A DNA stretch of 64,000 bases from the NCBI RefSeq assembly GCF_964213995.1, contig NW_027590140.1, forward strand, positions 62,001 through 126,000, given 5' to 3'. This document shows, piece by piece, positions 48,365 to 60,697 of the stretch. Source of the stretch: Mustelus asterias. Its lineage: Eukaryota. Below the pieces are notes generated by a model. The model was not told the DNA's origin, ran no database searches, and worked only from the letters and a program-made list of their open reading frames with translations. Both the position numbers and the translations under genes were made by a program. Position 1 is the first letter of the stretch. Each line of letters begins with the position of its first letter.

Positions 48365-51300
48365 TTAGCTGAGAGCCAAGACAAAACATGTGGACATCTC
48401 TGGTACGTTACCGGTGCCACATGATAGCGAGTTGAGGAACAGGGAGAGAGTGCAGTTAAACATGTGGTTGCAGGGATGGTGTAGGAGGGAGGGTTTCAGA
48501 TACGTGGATAATTGGAACAAATTCTGGGGAAGGTGAGACCTGTACAAACAAGACGGGGTGCAACTGAACCAGAGGGGCACCAATATCCTGGGAGGGAAAT
48601 TTGCTACGGATCTTCAGGGGGGTTTAAACTAATTTGTCAGGGGAGTGAGAAAAGGAGTTGTAGTCCAGAAGTCAGTGTTGAGGGTGCTGAGGTATTGGGG
48701 AAGGTATCAAGGTCAAGGGTGGGAACCGGTAGACAGGAGGTTGGGTTGAAGTGTGTCTACTTCAATGCAAGGAGCATCCGGAACAAAGTAGATGAACTTG
48801 GGGCGTGGATTGGTACCTGGGACTACGATGTTGTGGCCATTACGGAGACGTGGGTAGAACAAGGACTGGAATGGTTGTTGGACGTTCCGGGGTATAGATG
48901 TTTCAGTAAGTGTAGGGAAGCTGGTAAAAGAGGTGGAGGAGTGGCATTGTGAATCAAGGATAGCCGAAAGGCTGCAGAAAGGCACTTCGAGGGCGATCTG
49001 CACATTGAGGTAATATGGGCTGAAGTTAGAAATAGGAAAGGAGCGGTCACGTTGTTAGGAGTTTACTATAGGCCCCCAAATAGTAATAGAGATGTGGAGG
49101 AAGAAATTGCTAAGCTGATTATGGATATGTGTGGGGGTCACAGGGTAGTTGTCATGGGGGACTTTAACTTTCCACAGATTGATTGGAACCTTTGTAGGTC
49201 AAATAGTTCGGATGGGGCAATATTTGTGCAGTGTGTGCAGGAGGGTTTCCTGACACAATATGTGTATCGGCTGACAAGAGGTGAGGCCACATTGGATTTG
49301 GTACTGGGAAATGAACCGGGCCAAGTGTTAGATTTGGTTGTGGGAGAGCACTTTGGAGATAGTGACCACAATTCGGTGTCTTTTGTTATTGCAATGGAGA
49401 GGGATAGGACCGTACGGCAGGGCAAGGTTTATAATTGGGGGAGAGGTAATTATGATGCGATTAGGCAAGAATGAGGGGGCATAATATGGGAACAGAAACT
49501 GTCAGGGAAAGGCACTAATGAAAAGTGGAACTTTTTCAAGGAACAAATACTGGGTGTCCTTGATAGGTATGTCCCTGTCAGGCAGGGAGGAAATGGCCGA
49601 GTGAGGGAACCATGGTTCACGAAAGAGGTGGAATTTCTTGTGAAAAGGAAGAGGGGAGCTTATGTAGGGATGAGGAAACAAGGTTCAGATGGCTCGATTG
49701 AGGGTTACAAGGTAGCAAGGAACGAGCTGAAAAAGGGGCTTAGGAGAGCTAGGAGGGGACTTAAGAAGTCCTTGGCGGGTCGGATCAATGAAAATCCCAA
49801 GGCTTTTTACTCTTACTTGAGGATTAAAAGAATGACCAGGGTGAGGTTAGGGCTGGTCAAGGACAGTAGTGGGAACTTGTGTATGGAGTCAGTAGAGATA
49901 GGCGAGGTGGTGAATGAATACTTTTCTTCAGTGTTCACCAAGGAGAGGGGCCATGTTTTTGAGGAAGAGAAGGTGTTACAGCCTAATAGGCTGGAGGAAA
50001 TAGTTGTTCGGAGGGAGGACGTACTGGCAGTTTTGAATAAACTGAAGGTCGATAAGTCCCCTGGGCCTGATGAAATATATCCTAGGATTATTTGGGAGGC
50101 AAGGGATGAGATTGCAGACCCTTTGGCTTTGATCTTTGGGTCCTCACTGTCCACGGGGATGGTGCCAGAGGACTGGAGAGTGGCGAATGTTGTTCCTCTG
50201 TTTAAGAAAGGGAATAGAAATGACCCTGGTAATTATAGACCGATTAGTCTTCCTTTGGTGGTTGGTAAATTGACGGAAAAGGTCCTTAGGGATAGGATTT
50301 ACGACCATTTAGAAAGATGCGGATTAATCCGGGATAGTCTGCACGGATTCGTGAAGGGCAAGTCGTGCCTCACAAATTTGATTGAATTTTTTGAGGAGGT
50401 AACTAAGTGTGTTGATGAAGGTCGGGCAGTTGATGTCATATACATGGATTTTAGTAAGGCGTTTGATAAGGTCCCCCATGGTCGGCTTATGATGAAAGTA
50501 AGGAGGTGTGGGATAGAGGGAAAGTTGGCCGATTGGATAGGTAATTGGCTATCTGATCGAAGACAGAGGGTGGTGGTGGATGGAAACTTTTCGGACTGGA
50601 GGCAGGTTGCTAGCGGAGTGCCGCAGGGATCAGAGCTTGGTCCTCTGCTGTTTGTGATTTTAATTAATGACTTAGAGGAGGGGGCTGAAGGGTGGATCAG
50701 TAAATTTGCTGATGACACCAAGATTGGTGAAGTAGTGGATGAGGTGGAGGGCTGTTGTAGGCTGCAAAGAGAATTAGATAGGATGCAAAGCTGGGCTGAA
50801 AAATGGCAAATGGAGTTTAACCCTGATAAATGTGAGGTGATTCATTTTGGTCGGACTAATTTAATTGTGGATTACAGGGTCAAAGGTAAGGATCTGAAGA
50901 CTGTGGTGGAACAGGGAGGTCTTGGGGTCCATATCCATAGATCTCAAAAGGTTGCCACTCAAGTGGATTGAGCTGTGAATAAGGCCTATAGTGTGTTAGC
51001 TTTCATTAACAGGGCGTTGGAGTTTAACAGCCGTGGTGTTATGCTGCAACTGTACAGGACCTTGGTGAGACCACGTTTGGAATATTGTGTGCAGTTCTGG
51101 TCACCTCACTATAAGAAGGATGTGGAAGCGCTGGAAAGAATGCAGAGGAGATTTACCAGGATGCTGCCTGGATTGGAGGGTAGGTCTTATGAGGAAAGAT
51201 TGAGGGAGCTAGGGCTGTTCTCTCTGGAGCGGAGGAGGCTGAGGGGAGACTTAATAGAGGTTTATAAAATGATGAAGGGGATAGATAGAGTGAACGTTCA

Positions 51301-51610
51301 AAGACTATTTCCTCGGGTGGATGGAGCTACTACAAGGGGGCATAACTATAGGGTTCATGGTGGGAGATATAGGAAGGATATCAGAGGTAAGTTCTTTACG
51401 CAGAGAGTGGTTGGGGTGTGGAATGGACTACCTGCAGTGATAGTGGAGTCAGACACTTTAGGAACATTTCAGCGGTTATTGGATAGGCACATGGAGCACA
51501 GCAGGATGATAGGGAGTGGGATAGCTTAATCCTGGTTTCAGATAAAGCTCGGCACAACATCGTGGGCCGAAGGGCCTGTTCTGTGCTGTACTGTTCTATG
51601 TTCTATGTTC
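48365..51610 (+). mobile_element. CR1 LINE (ORF1 3' end plus ORF2 with stops)
   Basis: ISGTLPVP..DGVQLN; YFNARSIRNK; FADDT; (TGTTCTA)n tail. Confidence 0.93.
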
Positions 51611-53172
51611 TAATTGAATTACTGTCCTTATTTCTCTCATTAAACTGGAATGCATGGAAGGAATTTAAGTTGAAGCTCTATAATAGTACAGGTCTGCAAT
51701 GCCTCTTCTCAACGGGAGTTCTGCTCTGGTGGAAGGACGCCCAGTTGGTCAAGTCCCTCCTGAACACTATGCTGTCTCATCCCCACACCATTTCACCTAG
51801 TCTCTCTTACACACTGCCTCTGAGGTTAACACGAATCGAACAAAGAGTTACGAAACTGATCCAAGTGTTTGAACTATGTTCTCAACAATGATGTGAACAG
51901 CCTTACATGTGTGTCCTTGTTTTCTGAAATCTGCGTCCCCGGATTCTTTATCTGCTTAATGCCATTGGCAGCTTGTTCTTCATTTTCAACATCTGATCCC
52001 TCAGTTCTTTCTCCCCCTTAACCCAGGTTAATTATTTTAATTCGTAGTTTTTATTTTCTCATTTCGTCGAGGTTAATTTCTTTTTCTGCTATGAGATAAA
52101 CAGACACAACGTTTTTCTTGTAATTTAGACCATGAACTCAGGTTTATATCTGACAGTTACTGTACTGCATTTCACTCCTTCATCTGTGTGAACAAGCCCG
52201 CCACCTACTGGTGTAATCGGGTGCGTTTGATTTCTCACATTTATCAAACTCAATACTTAGTCCATCAAATGTCTTACTTTATTTATTTTACAGCAGTGTA
52301 GTGGGGGTATGTGTGCTGGTGGTGGTGGGGCTCTTTCTACTGGGAAGGAAATACTTACGGAGGGGGAATGAGAGGCAATCCGAAATCATTTCACATGATG
52401 CTCACTGTGTCTGTAACTGCAGAAGAAAACTCCTCTTTTGGGGCAGAAATGCACATTCCCCCTCCCACTGCGCTGCAGATCCAAACCAGAGAACATTTCT
52501 AAGAACAGAGGCCAGTGAATGTGGATCAGAGGGACCGCAGTAAAGGGAACGGAACGGGATTGCAACTGGCAGTGTTATCCCCACTTAACTCTTTATAATT
52601 TCAATTTAGAGCAGCGAGGAGTTTGTAGCCAGTGCGCCTCTCTGGCGGAAGCTCTAAAACCTTCAATCTCAGGATAATGAGCGAAGTGCAAATGTATTGA
52701 TAAGGCAGTTTCAACTGACCGTATTTTAAGACTTGTGTTTCAGAAAATTGAGCCGTTTAAATATCTATGAAATACGAGTAATGCTAAAGAAAAATGACAT
52801 TCTGCTTTATTGACGTTTCTCTTTTTTCATGGTAGCACCCGTTCTTTAATCTGCCTATCACACACGGTACTTTCCAATCTCTTCCATTTTTTCTTCAATA
52901 TTTCCTCGTCTTGTGCCCATTTGAACTATGATTACAGAACTTTTCCACTTTTTGTTTCCCGCTCACCCCCATTCTGGTTTGTGTGTGCTCCCTTTCCTCT
53001 TCACCATCTCTGTTTTCAACTCTCTTTATTTCTGACGGGATTTGATTAATTAGATTCGGTATTTTATTTTGTGTTGTGCTCATTTCCTTTAGTTACATTT
53101 TTTTTTCATAATCCCACCACTCACTTTGCCGATACTGCCGAGACAGCAGAGCGGCTCTCGCAGTTCTTGCGG

Positions 53173-53383
53173 TTTTTTAGTATGGGACCTCCCTATGTTT
53201 GTCACACTGTGGCTTCCGAAGCAGAGATAAGTTACAGTATCTGTAACTCCGGCGTCTCTCACAGTCAGGGGGCTGAATTGTAATATCTGCCGATTGAGGT
53301 TGTGATCCTCCCGCATTGATCGGTTTCTCTTGTGGCCATCACTAGATACGAGGGTGATCAGAGTGAAAAACAGCAAAGAAAAT
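53173..53383 (-). pseudogene. Internally deleted TCR V pseudogene (fourth family) with RSS
   Basis: GRITTSIGRYYNS/PLTVRDAGVTDTVTYLCFGS, then CACAGTG (53205-53211), 23 nt spacer, ACTAAAAAA(CC). Confidence 0.7.
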
Positions 53384-53907
53384 CTGTAAATACGGAGTAT
53401 TGTTCAGACCATATGAAATTTCCGCTGAAGCAATTCTCGAGGGAGTTCAGTTTAAACTATGATATGGATGTTATATTCACAAGAGATAACAAGGAGCCAA
53501 AAACCTGCTTCGGGTCCAACTGAGGCGTCTTTCTGTCGAGCTGATGAAAGAAGTTGAGGCTCAGGCTTTATCCGCCCACAATCATTGACATCGATTTGCC
53601 TGGAACCTGAGATGAAGGACTGAAGCCTGAATAAATAAACCCCACCAGCAACCCCGAACTTCCGGTTACAAATCTAGTCTCACGTGTCTATCTAAGACAC
53701 CATTTCGTCCTATCTGAACACTGACTGATCTCAGCTCGGGATGAATCCATTCACTGGCAGGCAGTTCACCTGCCACCTACACCACAGCGCCACCGCGGAC
53801 ACAGGGAAACTCAGTGAGAGCATCCTGAGACATGATAGCAAAATATACAGGGTGAAGTTTAAAACGGGTGTCTTCAAATATCCCACTCCCCTTTTACAGA
53901 AAAGACA

Positions 53908-54373
53908 ATGACAAGGCATTTGGGTTGTTTGTGGAATAGTCGTAATAGGTAATTGTGAACCAAACACATTTCATATTTATTTTAATTTTACAAACGTGGT
54001 TTAAAATTAAATTTTAAGCATTCAGTCGGTCTGATTTGTTTCTGCTTGAGCAGGTTTTTCAGATCTGAGTCATGGAGATTCTGTCACTCAGTCGCTATCC
54101 TCGGAAGTAAAGACGGAAGAAAAAACGTTGAGTTTAAACTGTACCTATGATATTATAATGAGCAACTACGTTTTACCCTGGTCCCGGCAAAACACAAGCA
54201 CGCAACCTGTGTTTCTATTGAGGAAAAACTCGATATTTGGTGAAGATATAGCAGATTTTGCGAAAAGCCGTTTCTCTGGAGAGCTTCAGACATCGAGTAA
54301 ATTCACCGGTTTGACTATCTCGGGTCTGCAGCTGAATGACGCTGCCGTGTATTACTGCGCTCTCGCTGAGATG
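53908..54373 (+). pseudogene. TCR V with open V exon (54063-54373) but frameshifted leader (53908-53948)
   Basis: LSHGDSVTQSLSSEVKTEEKTLSLNCTY..PWSRQ..LTISGLQLNDAAVYYCALAEM; the leader is 41 nt versus 46 nt in the paralog, so the ATG is out of frame. Confidence 0.85.
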
Positions 54374-54412
54374 CACAGTGATGGAAAGCAGTCTGACTGC
54401 TGGACCAAAACT
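54374..54412 (+). promoter_or_regulatory. 23-RSS
   Basis: CACAGTG, 23 nt spacer, ACCAAAACT; spacer nearly identical to 12435-12457. Confidence 0.9.
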
Positions 54413-54579
54413 GCCTTTAACTATAGATTGAAACCCTGTCTGCGGCGGGTTGCACAGAACCGCGGGCAGATGCAGCCACAATGTAACTGTCAGCCATGCA
54501 AGAATCTTCATGAACCTGGGATCAGCCTTCATCCAAGTTTCCAGTATCCTGCCACTTCAGTCATTATGTCTCTACGAGA

Positions 54580-54917
54580 GCGGCACGGCAGCACAGTGAT
54601 TAGTTCTGCTACTTCACAGCTCCAGGAACCTGGGTTCGAGTCCCGTCTTGGGTCACTGTCTAGTAGAGTTGCACGTTCTCCTCGTGTCTGCGTGGGATTT
54701 CTCCGGATGCTCCGGTTTCCTCCCACAGTCGAAAGATGTGCGCGTTGATTGGCTCTGCTAAAATTGTCCCTCAGTGTCCTGAGGTACGTAGGTTAGAGGT
54801 ACTAGCGGGTAAAGATGTCGGGATATAGGGGTAGGGCCTGGGTGGGATTGTGGTCGGTGAAGACTCGATGGGCCAAATGGCCTCTTTCTGCACTGTAGGG
54901 TTTCTATGATTTCTATG
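54580..54917 (+). mobile_element. Full-length HE1-type SINE
   Basis: GCGGCACGGCAGCACAGTG head through TTTCTATGATTTCTATG tail. Confidence 0.9.
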
Positions 54918-55574
54918 AGTCTGTAAGATCAGTCAGTGGTGGGTTGGCTGATATTGAAAGGAAACCCCTCGAGCTGGGTTGCTTTCAGCACCTCGATAGG
55001 GGAACGGATACACTCTTCCAGATGGGGTTGCGGGAATGAAATCCTGCTCTGTTAATTAGCAGCTGCAAATTCTGGGTGCTCATAGTAACAAAAACATTCC
55101 AGCATTAAGGAAGCATTCTGTAGTTCACTGGTCACCGGGGGAATTCTATTCTCAATGTTTATTTTAAAGATCACAGTCACTTCCTTCTGAAATCTCTTCA
55201 TTGTTGATATAGTTTCTCTGAAGCAGTGAAACTCTCATCGGATCATTTAAACCCAGAGAACAAGCCGCGGAAAAAAGGCTTCAAAACCTGATGGGGATTG
55301 AGTTGCTGAATATTAGGCAGACACGGAAACTGAATCAAATGACAATTACGAAACTAAAGAGATCAAATAAATTTAAGAAGATCAGCAATGGTACAACTGC
55401 GAGTTGAAATTAACAAATACAATTCCTCAAATATTCCTTACCCCTTGTTGAGGTTGTGTTTTGCTCTGATATTTTAGGAAGGCACCTGTGATTCTCTCGG
55501 TGGAGAGTGAATTATTCTTTCTATTTATCGGTGCGAGAGCACCCTCTGAAGGTACCTTACTGGAACCCCAGTGT

Positions 55575-56020
55575 GGGGTTTGTCCAGGAACCGCTCTAAC
55601 TCTGCAGCAGTGTAGGCTCAATGGCACAGAAATACCCAGCGCTGTCGGAGTGAAAAGCCCCGCCTTATTTAAAAGAGCAGTTTTGTTTCATTTGTGCAAA
55701 CAGCAGAAAGTCTGGCAAATCTTGAGACGAATCTCCCGCACTGCATCATCACTTTTCTGGTAGACTGGATGTACCAGAGCAGAGTTGGTTCACGGTAGGT
55801 TGCTGACTACCGACCGCCCGGTATTGTGCTCTGTCCTTCCTGAATTGTTGATTCAGAAGGAGCCTGTGACAATGAATCATCGCTATTGGTTCCGATAACA
55901 CAAATACAGAGCGTTCCAAAAGTCAGAAATTAAACACAACTCCTGGATAATACACTGGCTGAACAGAGACTCGCCAGACAGGAAGACCATTATTACCAGT
56001 AAGGAACAAGGGGGACACAT
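55575..56020 (-). pseudogene. TCR V pseudogene (paralog of 13637-14108)
   Basis: Leader MCPPCSLLVIMVFLS(G)|GCGAGT at 55975-56020; TNSDDSLSQAPSESTIQEGQ..TLLWYIQ..SDSAGYFCAIE; internal deletion; degenerate RSS TACACTG...ACAAACCCC. Confidence 0.82.
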
Positions 56021-57314
56021 GGTAATTCCTTTGGAGTTCGACAGAAAAACACAAGTTATTCTCGATGTGTTGATTCTTCTAATCTGATATAAAGTGTAAC
56101 CCAGATCAGAATGTGGCTTCACTTACTCAGAAACTGCTGGTCGAAGTGGCGCACCAATAAATGGGAGTCGGAGAGAATTATTAAGGCTGATTGCTTCTCT
56201 TTCTCTTTCTGACATTGTCAGGGTTTCCGCCTCGCTTTTCTTGTCTCTGTCTCTGTCAGTTGTTCGTTCTGCCGTTCTTTTCGAAGTGCCATGAAAATGC
56301 GGAGTTTAGAAAATCTAACTTGTTGCAGAATTTCATTTTTAAAAATCCCCATAGGAAGTACTCTGTTAATAGTAGCAAAATATTTCTGTATTTCAGAGAT
56401 AAGTTTGAAATTACAGCGGTTAGGCAAAATGCTTAATTTAGGGGGAATCAGGGCAACATTAATTCCCTCTGCATGCGGCACAATAACAGTTGCAAGTGTG
56501 TACATTAATCCCCAAATGCAATCTCCAGGCAAAATCTCCCATGGGCAATGGGGAACAAAGTTCGCAGAGAGTGGATGGTGACAAAAGGGCAAATGCGCCA
56601 CCCGACCTCCTGCTGCAAACTTTCATCCCTCATAATATTGTACAATATTCACACTTCAGCAACCGGGTCCCAGGTCCTGCCATCGAGTGACTGAACCTCT
56701 CCTTGACTCACAAAGGCCAGCGCTTGCAGTAAGTGAAGGCCGCCAGCAGATGGTGATATTGTATTATTTTAGTCACAAGACAGTGAAACTCCCGTTTCAA
56801 CTCACAGTTAGATTTTCGGAATATCAGCTTGACTGGAATAGTACCGTTCCAACACTACCACCACCATCGCAAAGGAAACTGGCAAAGTGCAATAAATGCT
56901 TGACTCGGCATCGAAGCCCACACTCGGTAACATCAATTTTTAAATGGTTTATTTTGGGGACATTTGTGGCGTCTCCTCCCCCAGTGGCCCAGAGTGAGGC
57001 GGAATTGCTATTAGTTTCACCCTGTGTGAGCTGACAATTATTTCGAGAGGTTCATGATCAAAAATACCATTCCAAGAAATCTCCTGTCCAAGACCAGTTG
57101 TATGCGGAGCAAGACAGGCTTGATGTAAAGATATAAAACGCACAGGTGTTTCAATTCTGATAAGTGAGTTATACATATTGGCCCAGAAACGTGGAGGAGG
57201 ATTATCATTTTTCATTCTTGAAATGGCGACCATGGGATATTTTAACTTTGCATCAGAGAGCGCGATCTAGATGATGGTTAAGTATCACATCCAGGGAAGC
57301 AGCACCTCGGGTAG

Positions 57315-58330
57315 ATTTGATTTGATATATTATTGTCACATATATTAGTTTGCAGTGAAAAGTATTGTTGCTTGCGGTTGTACAGACAAAGCGTACCGTA
57401 CATGGACAAGGACAGGAGCGAGTGCAGAATATAATATTAGAGTCACAGCCTGGGTGTCGAGAAAGATCAACTTTGTGCGAGGTTGGTCCATTTAAAAGTC
57501 TGATGGCAGCAGCGAAGGAGCTGTTCTTTAAGTCGGTTCGTACGTGACCTCAGACTTTTGCATCATTTTCCCGACGGAAGAAGTTGGAAGAGAGAATGTC
57601 CGAGGTGCGTGGGGTCCTTAATTATTCTGGCTGCTTTGCCGAGGCAGCGGGAAGTGTAGACAGAGTCAATGGATGGGAGGCTAGTTTGTTTGATGGACTG
57701 GACTACATTCACGACCCTTTGTAGTTTCTTGGCAGAGCAGGAGCCATACCAAGCTGTGATACAACCAGATAGAATACTCTCTATGGTGTATCTGTAAAAG
57801 TTGGTGAGAGTCGTAGTTGACATGCCAAATGTCCTTAGACTTCTGAGACAGTAGGTGGGCTGTCTTAACTATAGTGTCAGAATCAGGGGATCAGGGCAGG
57901 TTATTGGTAACCTGGACACCTAAAAACTTGGAGCTCTCGACCCTTTCTACTTCTCCCCCGTTGATGTAGACTGGGGCATGTTCTTCCCTACGCTCCTTGA
58001 AGTCGATGACGATCTCCTTCGTTTTGTTGACATTAAGAGAGAGATTATTGTCACGGCACCGGGTCACCAGATTCTCTATCTCATTCCTGTACTCTGTCTC
58101 ATAATTGTTTGAGATCAGATCCACTGCGGTGGTGTCGTCAGAAAATCGATTTGGAAGGGAATTTGGCGACGCAGTCATAGGTGTATAAGGAGTATCGTCG
58201 GGGGCTGAGAACGCAACTTTGTGGGGCACCGATGTTGAGGATGATCGTGGAGGAGGTGTTGTTGCCTATCCTTACTGATTATGTTCTGCGGGTCAGGAAG
58301 TTCAGGATCCAGTCGCAGAGGGAGGAGCGC
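57315..58330 (-). mobile_element. Rex1/Babar-type LINE 3' portion
   Basis: FSDDTTAVDLISNN..LNVNKTKEIVIDF; FYRYTIESILSGCITAWYG. Confidence 0.85.
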
Positions 58331-60305
58331 AGGTGGATTATATCCCGCTCACTGAACCTTTGTGTAGTATTTAAACAACATCCGACTGAGTCACAAACAA
58401 AATTCACACCAACTTTCCAAAACTTTTCAGTGATAAATTCCTCCATTTGATTAAAAAGCCGAGTGTTGTGAATCTGGAAATGAGCACCATGGGATTTGTG
58501 TTACCCAGTGACTTGTTTCCCATTTTTTTAGTCCTCAGATTTGCAATTCCATTTGTGTTGTACATTGAGGCGAATCTCATTTCAAAATGAGGAGAAAATA
58601 TTACATCCATGAACAAACCCTGAAGGAAATGGATCACAATATTTCGATGGAGGTGCAACTGTGAATGGTGTTATCGATGATTGATTGGAAAGGATTGGAT
58701 TCAGGGGCCTCTGGTGGTCAGTTCCCTTCCCTCCCGTTGAATTCCTCTCTGTGATTAGAGACATGGGTTAATTTAACTTGCACGTCCGTAGGGGAAAGAG
58801 ATTAACCGCTACACCACAGCAATACTACGGGACCAAAATAAGCAAATAGATTTGTGTAGAATTGTAAGCGATATTGTCATGCTGTCGTTCTGGAACAGGA
58901 TTTGCAGAAACAGAATAGTGGACATTGACACCTTAGTTCAGAATCTCTTGTGCCGTGGCAGTCTCAGGCAGTTGGTCAGCGCGTTCGGGAATTAGTTGAA
59001 AGGTTGGTGATTCGAGACCACCCAGCGGCGGAGCTTTTACTTTTTTCTCCGCATCATCGTTCATCAGAGCTGCAGACAAAGATATTTGGACGAGATTTAT
59101 ACTGTAATGGTGAGGGATATGGGTGTGGGGTGTGTGACAAAGTTGTCACATGTAAAGAAAGAAAAAGTGTATTTAAATGGTGGTGACAATGGCTAAGACG
59201 GTGGCTGTCTATTAAGACATCAGAATGTGTAAATGGCAGGACAAACGAGTGGGGTGGAGGGAGAGGAGGCAACAAGATGGAAAGTGAGTTTTTAAATAAA
59301 AAATGCAAAACATGGAAATTAGAATATATATATATAAGAAGATATAAAATAATAAAAATAAATAAATAAGATAAAATGAAATAAAACAAGATAAATGGAA
59401 ATGCAGTAAAGATGGGAGCTGATGTGATTGAACTCAGTGTTAAGTCCGGAGCGCCGTTAGTGCCGAATCGGGAGATCGGGCGATGTTCCTGCAGTTTGCA
59501 TTGGAGTGCCTCCTGATACCATTGTTTATTGCCCCTTTTGTCACATTAATGATGATCAAGAGTAGACTGGTGGTAATTGGCGGCGTTGAATTTGACCTGT
59601 GCAAATTGTAGCAATAGCGGTTGCTGCGAGTGTTGTAGCTTAGGAACAGCTTAGCTAAGATTGCGGCAAGTTCTGAAGAGTAACTCTTCAGCACCGTTGC
59701 CAGAATACTTTTCAGAGCCATCGCATTTGCTCTCTCCAATGTTTTCAAGTTTTTTTTCTTGAAATCAAATGGAATAGTGAAGTGTATCTGTTCCGTTCAG
59801 TATCTACCCCACTCTGGCTCTATCTTTCTTTCTCTTTATAGATCTGACTAAATCCTTCCCTCTCTCGGTCTAATTATCCATTCCCCTCATTTGATTTTGT
59901 TCCTTCTATTCTCTCCCAGACTGGGTGGAACCAAGTTTCTTTGAATTGATTCCTGAAAGGAGGCGGTTGTTGAGTTGGGGGGTGATTTTAGGTGGCGGAG
60001 GAGACTCAATGGTACATGTGACCTAATCTAACTCCGTTGATTCTGTTCATTGCCAATGCAAGCTCTGATAGCAATGACTTCTGCTGTTGTCGTTGATGGG
60101 AAGTCTGAGACACTAAATTTAGGATTAGCGATATTTGCAGAGGGGTGGCATCAAATCGAACCACTGTCCGATTTTCACTTAAATTGCTACAAACACATGA
60201 TTAGCTTCGGTCAAACATGTGATTCATAAAATTCAATGCAGCAGAATGCATCATCATTATTTTTGATTAGACGAACCAGCAGAGAGAATGTGAAGTGAGC
60301 AACTG

Positions 60306-60540
60306 GACAAAAGCAAATTACTGCGGATGCTGGAATCAAAAACCAAAAGAAATAATGCTGGAAAATCTCAGTAGATCTGGCAGCATCTGCAAGGAGAGAA
60401 ACGAGCTGACGTTTCGAGTCCAGATGACCCTTTGTCAAAGTTTTGACAAAGCGTCATCTGAACTCGAAACGTCAGCTCTTTTCTCTCCGGACAGATGCTG
60501 CCAGACCCAATGAAGTTTCCAGCATTTTCTCTTTTTGTTA
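60306..60540. mobile_element. Palindromic (fold-back) insertion with 13 bp TSD
   Basis: Arms at about 60345-60440 and 60441-60536 are inverted complements; AAGTGAGCAACTG at 60293-60305 and 60541-60553. Confidence 0.85.
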
Positions 60541-60623
60541 AAGTGAGCAACTGACGGGCTTGTCGGACGAGTGAAGTTGCTCTACCAATAAACGGGAACT
60601 GCTTCAACTGCATGCATCGCTAT

Positions 60624-60697
60624 GTTTCTGTAGTGCAGTGGTTATCATGTTCGTCTCACACGCGGAAAATTCGCCGCTTGGAGACGGGGCAGAAACG
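60624..60697 (+). pseudogene. tRNA-Val(CAC) pseudogene
   Basis: GTTTCTGTAGTGCAGTGGTTATCATGTTCGTCTCACACGCGG...GGGGCAGAAAC; T-arm and B box degenerate. Confidence 0.8.

Noticed and set aside
52125-52420. Possible further minus-strand V leader and exon start, similar to 3040-3190
   Set aside because: Only a leader-like donor and about 12 nt of exon similarity; too degraded to call
58765-58825. tRNA-Val-like 5' half on the minus strand
   Set aside because: Only the A-box region matches
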